Assembly: GCA_000175855.1 (NCBI GenBank)
Contig: ACYB01000043.1
Location: 1-7,566, forward strand
Direction: 5' to 3'
From: Raphidiopsis brookii D9
GTDB lineage: Bacteria; Cyanobacteriota; Cyanobacteriia; Cyanobacteriales; Nostocaceae
Length of the DNA stretch: 7,566 nucleotides
In this document: piece by piece, positions 5,700 through 7,566 of the stretch
How positions within the stretch are numbered: position 1 is the first letter of the stretch
Layout: each line of letters begins with the position of its first letter
The notes under the pieces: model-generated
What the model was told of the DNA's origin: nothing
The model's database searches: none
The model's input: only the letters and a program-made list of their open reading frames with translations
Made by a program: the position numbers and the translations under genes

Positions 5700-7388
5700 T
5701 TATCTTAATATTAGATTTCCGAATAACCCCGGTTCACCACTCCATTCCTTTTCTAGCAGGCGTACTTCTAATTCAAATAGACGACGATAGGTAAGAGAAT
5801 ACCCTGTCACCGGATGTTTCCAAGTTTCTTGTTTACGACGCTCATATAGTTCAACAAATTTACGTTTTCCAGGTTCACTTAACCATACCTGTTCTCTTCT
5901 AATTTCAAAGTCTTCTTTTGGGTGCCATTGGCCTCGATTAATTGAAGACATAACCGTCATGTCAACTAACGGTACTCTGAATATTTCTAATAAATCTAGA
6001 GCCAAAGGAGCAGCTTGAGAACGAGGTTGGTGGTAAAAGCCTAATGCACCTTCCAACCCAACAGTCAAAATGGCATTCATTACATCTTTTAATACCAAAG
6101 CATAACCAAAACTCAACAGAGCATTAAATCTGTCCTTAGGTGGTCGACGATTCCTACCATTAAAATAGAGTTCATCTACCACATCTGCAACAATTAAATG
6201 TGGTAAGGCACTAAAATATGACGCAGCAATATTTCCCTCCAATCCTAACAATGATTCTAAAGATTTTGCTTGAGGAACTTGTTTAAGCATCGTTTTAATT
6301 TGGGCAATCGACTTGTGTAAATTTTCTGGTACCTGAGTTCTACCTCTAGTTCCCCGCATTAAAAATTTACGCTGACCTTGACCTCGACATAAGACCAATT
6401 TCCTGGCTAATTCTAAACAAAATGCAGGGTCGCTCAATGCAGTATATTGACGAATACGACGTTGAATACTACCTCTTCGATTATCAAAACTTCCAACATA
6501 CCGACCTCCTCCAGAAATAAAATGTATCCCTATATCTTGATGTGCACAAAAATATAATGCCTGAGTGGAAATTTGAGAGAAGCTGTGCAAAACTAACTGT
6601 CCTATTTGACTAGCTGGAATATTTTCTATGGGCTGATTACGACGATTAATTTTGATTTGTGATCCCGTCTTTCCTACTAATGCACCGGGCTCTAAAATAT
6701 GAATTATTAAACGTTCATCATCTTCTGGAAAAAGGCGAATAGGTTGCCATTCTTTATCATGAGTCAGTCTAGCTTCTTCTGGTAAACAGACAGGTGCTAA
6801 GGAACAACGAGCACATAGTCTCTCATTTTCTGTCACTGGTGGTCTGTAAGCTGATTCCCTCAAATTACGCGCTTCTTTAATTGCTTGATGAACACTTTCC
6901 CTACCAGAATGATCTAAAGGCACATGAATCAATATGTTATCAGTATGGTAACGAATACGACCCTCTTTTACTGTAATCCCCAGTGCAAATTCCAGTAATA
7001 GTGCATAAGCTAGGATTTGTAATTTGTCACTCTCCCATGCTTGAGGTTGTTTATTTTCATCTCTGTGACAATAACCACGCTTATGCTCGTATGGAATAGT
7101 TTGCCCATCACGGGTACGAAGCGCATCCAATCGTCCACGTAAACCTAATTCCTCGCTTTCAAGAAATAGTTCTTCCCAGACTTCATCTTCTTGTTTTTCC
7201 AGTTCTGTGTGTAACCTGCGTCCAGCAAATATGGCTGCATCTTGAGTATATAGCTCCTCAACCTCTTCCAAATAAAATAATCGTCGACAGTAGGCTAGTG
7301 CATGAAGCGCAGAAACTCGTATAGTCTTTGATATATCCTGCGGTGATGTTTTTTTTACGCCTTCTGATTCTAAGTCCATAACTTCCAT
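5700..7388 (-). CDS. cas4-cas1: CRISPR-associated Cas4-Cas1 fusion
   Basis: 562 aa. N-terminal Cas4/RecB-like: ALAYCRRLFYLE, RGRLDAL, IPYEHKRG, CARCSLAPVC. C-terminal Cas1: LGLEGNIAASYFSAL, GALGFYHQPRSQAAPLALDLLEIFRVPLVD. Confidence 0.95.
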   Translation of the reverse strand: MEVMDLESEGVKKTSPQDISKTIRVSALHALAYCRRLFYLEEVEELYTQDAAIFAGRRLHTELEKQEDEVWEELFLESEELGLRGRLDALRTRDGQTIPYEHKRGYCHRDENKQPQAWESDKLQILAYALLLEFALGITVKEGRIRYHTDNILIHVPLDHSGRESVHQAIKEARNLRESAYRPPVTENERLCARCSLAPVCLPEEARLTHDKEWQPIRLFPEDDERLIIHILEPGALVGKTGSQIKINRRNQPIENIPASQIGQLVLHSFSQISTQALYFCAHQDIGIHFISGGGRYVGSFDNRRGSIQRRIRQYTALSDPAFCLELARKLVLCRGQGQRKFLMRGTRGRTQVPENLHKSIAQIKTMLKQVPQAKSLESLLGLEGNIAASYFSALPHLIVADVVDELYFNGRNRRPPKDRFNALLSFGYALVLKDVMNAILTVGLEGALGFYHQPRSQAAPLALDLLEIFRVPLVDMTVMSSINRGQWHPKEDFEIRREQVWLSEPGKRKFVELYERRKQETWKHPVTGYSLTYRRLFELEVRLLEKEWSGEPGLFGNLILR

Positions 7389-7566
7389 GGTGTTACCCTT
7401 ATTTTCTTTGACCTTGCCATTAATTTACTTAGTGAGATAGGCAAAAATATTTCCTAGTGTCTGTAACTAATGATTAAAGCAGAATTAAATCTAGTCAATA
7501 TACACACGATGTAAACTTTACAGTTGTAGTTTAGTCTTTCCAGTCTTTTATATAAACTTGACAAGT

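Noticed and set aside
7532-7548. AAAGACT/AGTCTTT heptamer recurring near 115, 1347, 3415, 4513, 5340, 7323, 7533 and 7542, including a shared TAGTCTTTCC at 4512 and 7532
   Set aside because: Looks somewhat enriched but was noticed post hoc, also occurs in coding DNA, and a shared 10-mer is expected by chance in a window this size. Not enough to call a regulon motif.
7389-7566. Promoter for cas4-cas1 (e.g. TTGACT-N16-TAATCA on the minus strand)
   Set aside because: Weak -10 match with several equally plausible alternatives; not reported as a feature.
1-7566. CRISPR-associated transposon or mobile element
   Set aside because: No transposase, TnsABC/TniQ-like ORF or terminal inverted repeats seen. 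Flanks would be needed to exclude it further.

Overview
The window holds most of a Class 1 type I CRISPR-Cas locus, with every gene on the minus strand. It is probably cyanobacterial: three HIP1 GCGATCGC octamers at 415-422, 2274-2281 and 5549-5556. In transcriptional order (high to low coordinate) it reads cas4-cas1 fusion, cas2, leader, 7-repeat/6-spacer array, HTH-WYL regulator, cas6 (Cmx6-like, I-MYXAN/Myxococcus dev-like I-B relative), cas3, and the 5' end of a cas8 (Cmx8-like) gene cut by the window edge. The array is best read on the minus strand: that orientation gives a hairpin directly before an 8-nt UUGAGCAC handle, a TTGCAT-N17-TATAAT promoter in the leader, and the degenerate repeat at the far end. 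Main observations: (1) cas3 keeps recognisable HD, Walker A, DEVH and motif VI sequences but is split by four inferred +/-1 lesions, all at homopolymer runs, and a possible fifth may have created an in-frame cas6-cas3 HD fusion; (2) the leader-proximal spacer is internally duplicated and contains a perfect 14-bp palindrome; (3) the cas6 upstream region has a strong promoter, inverted repeats and a repeat-like sequence ending in a near-perfect crRNA handle (a speculative CreR-like or Cas6-autoregulation element); (4) the leader contains repeat-like fragments and reiterated ATGCAAG/GCTTGCAT motifs. No clearly new protein family was found. The unusual signals are in the noncoding regions and the cas3 lesions.
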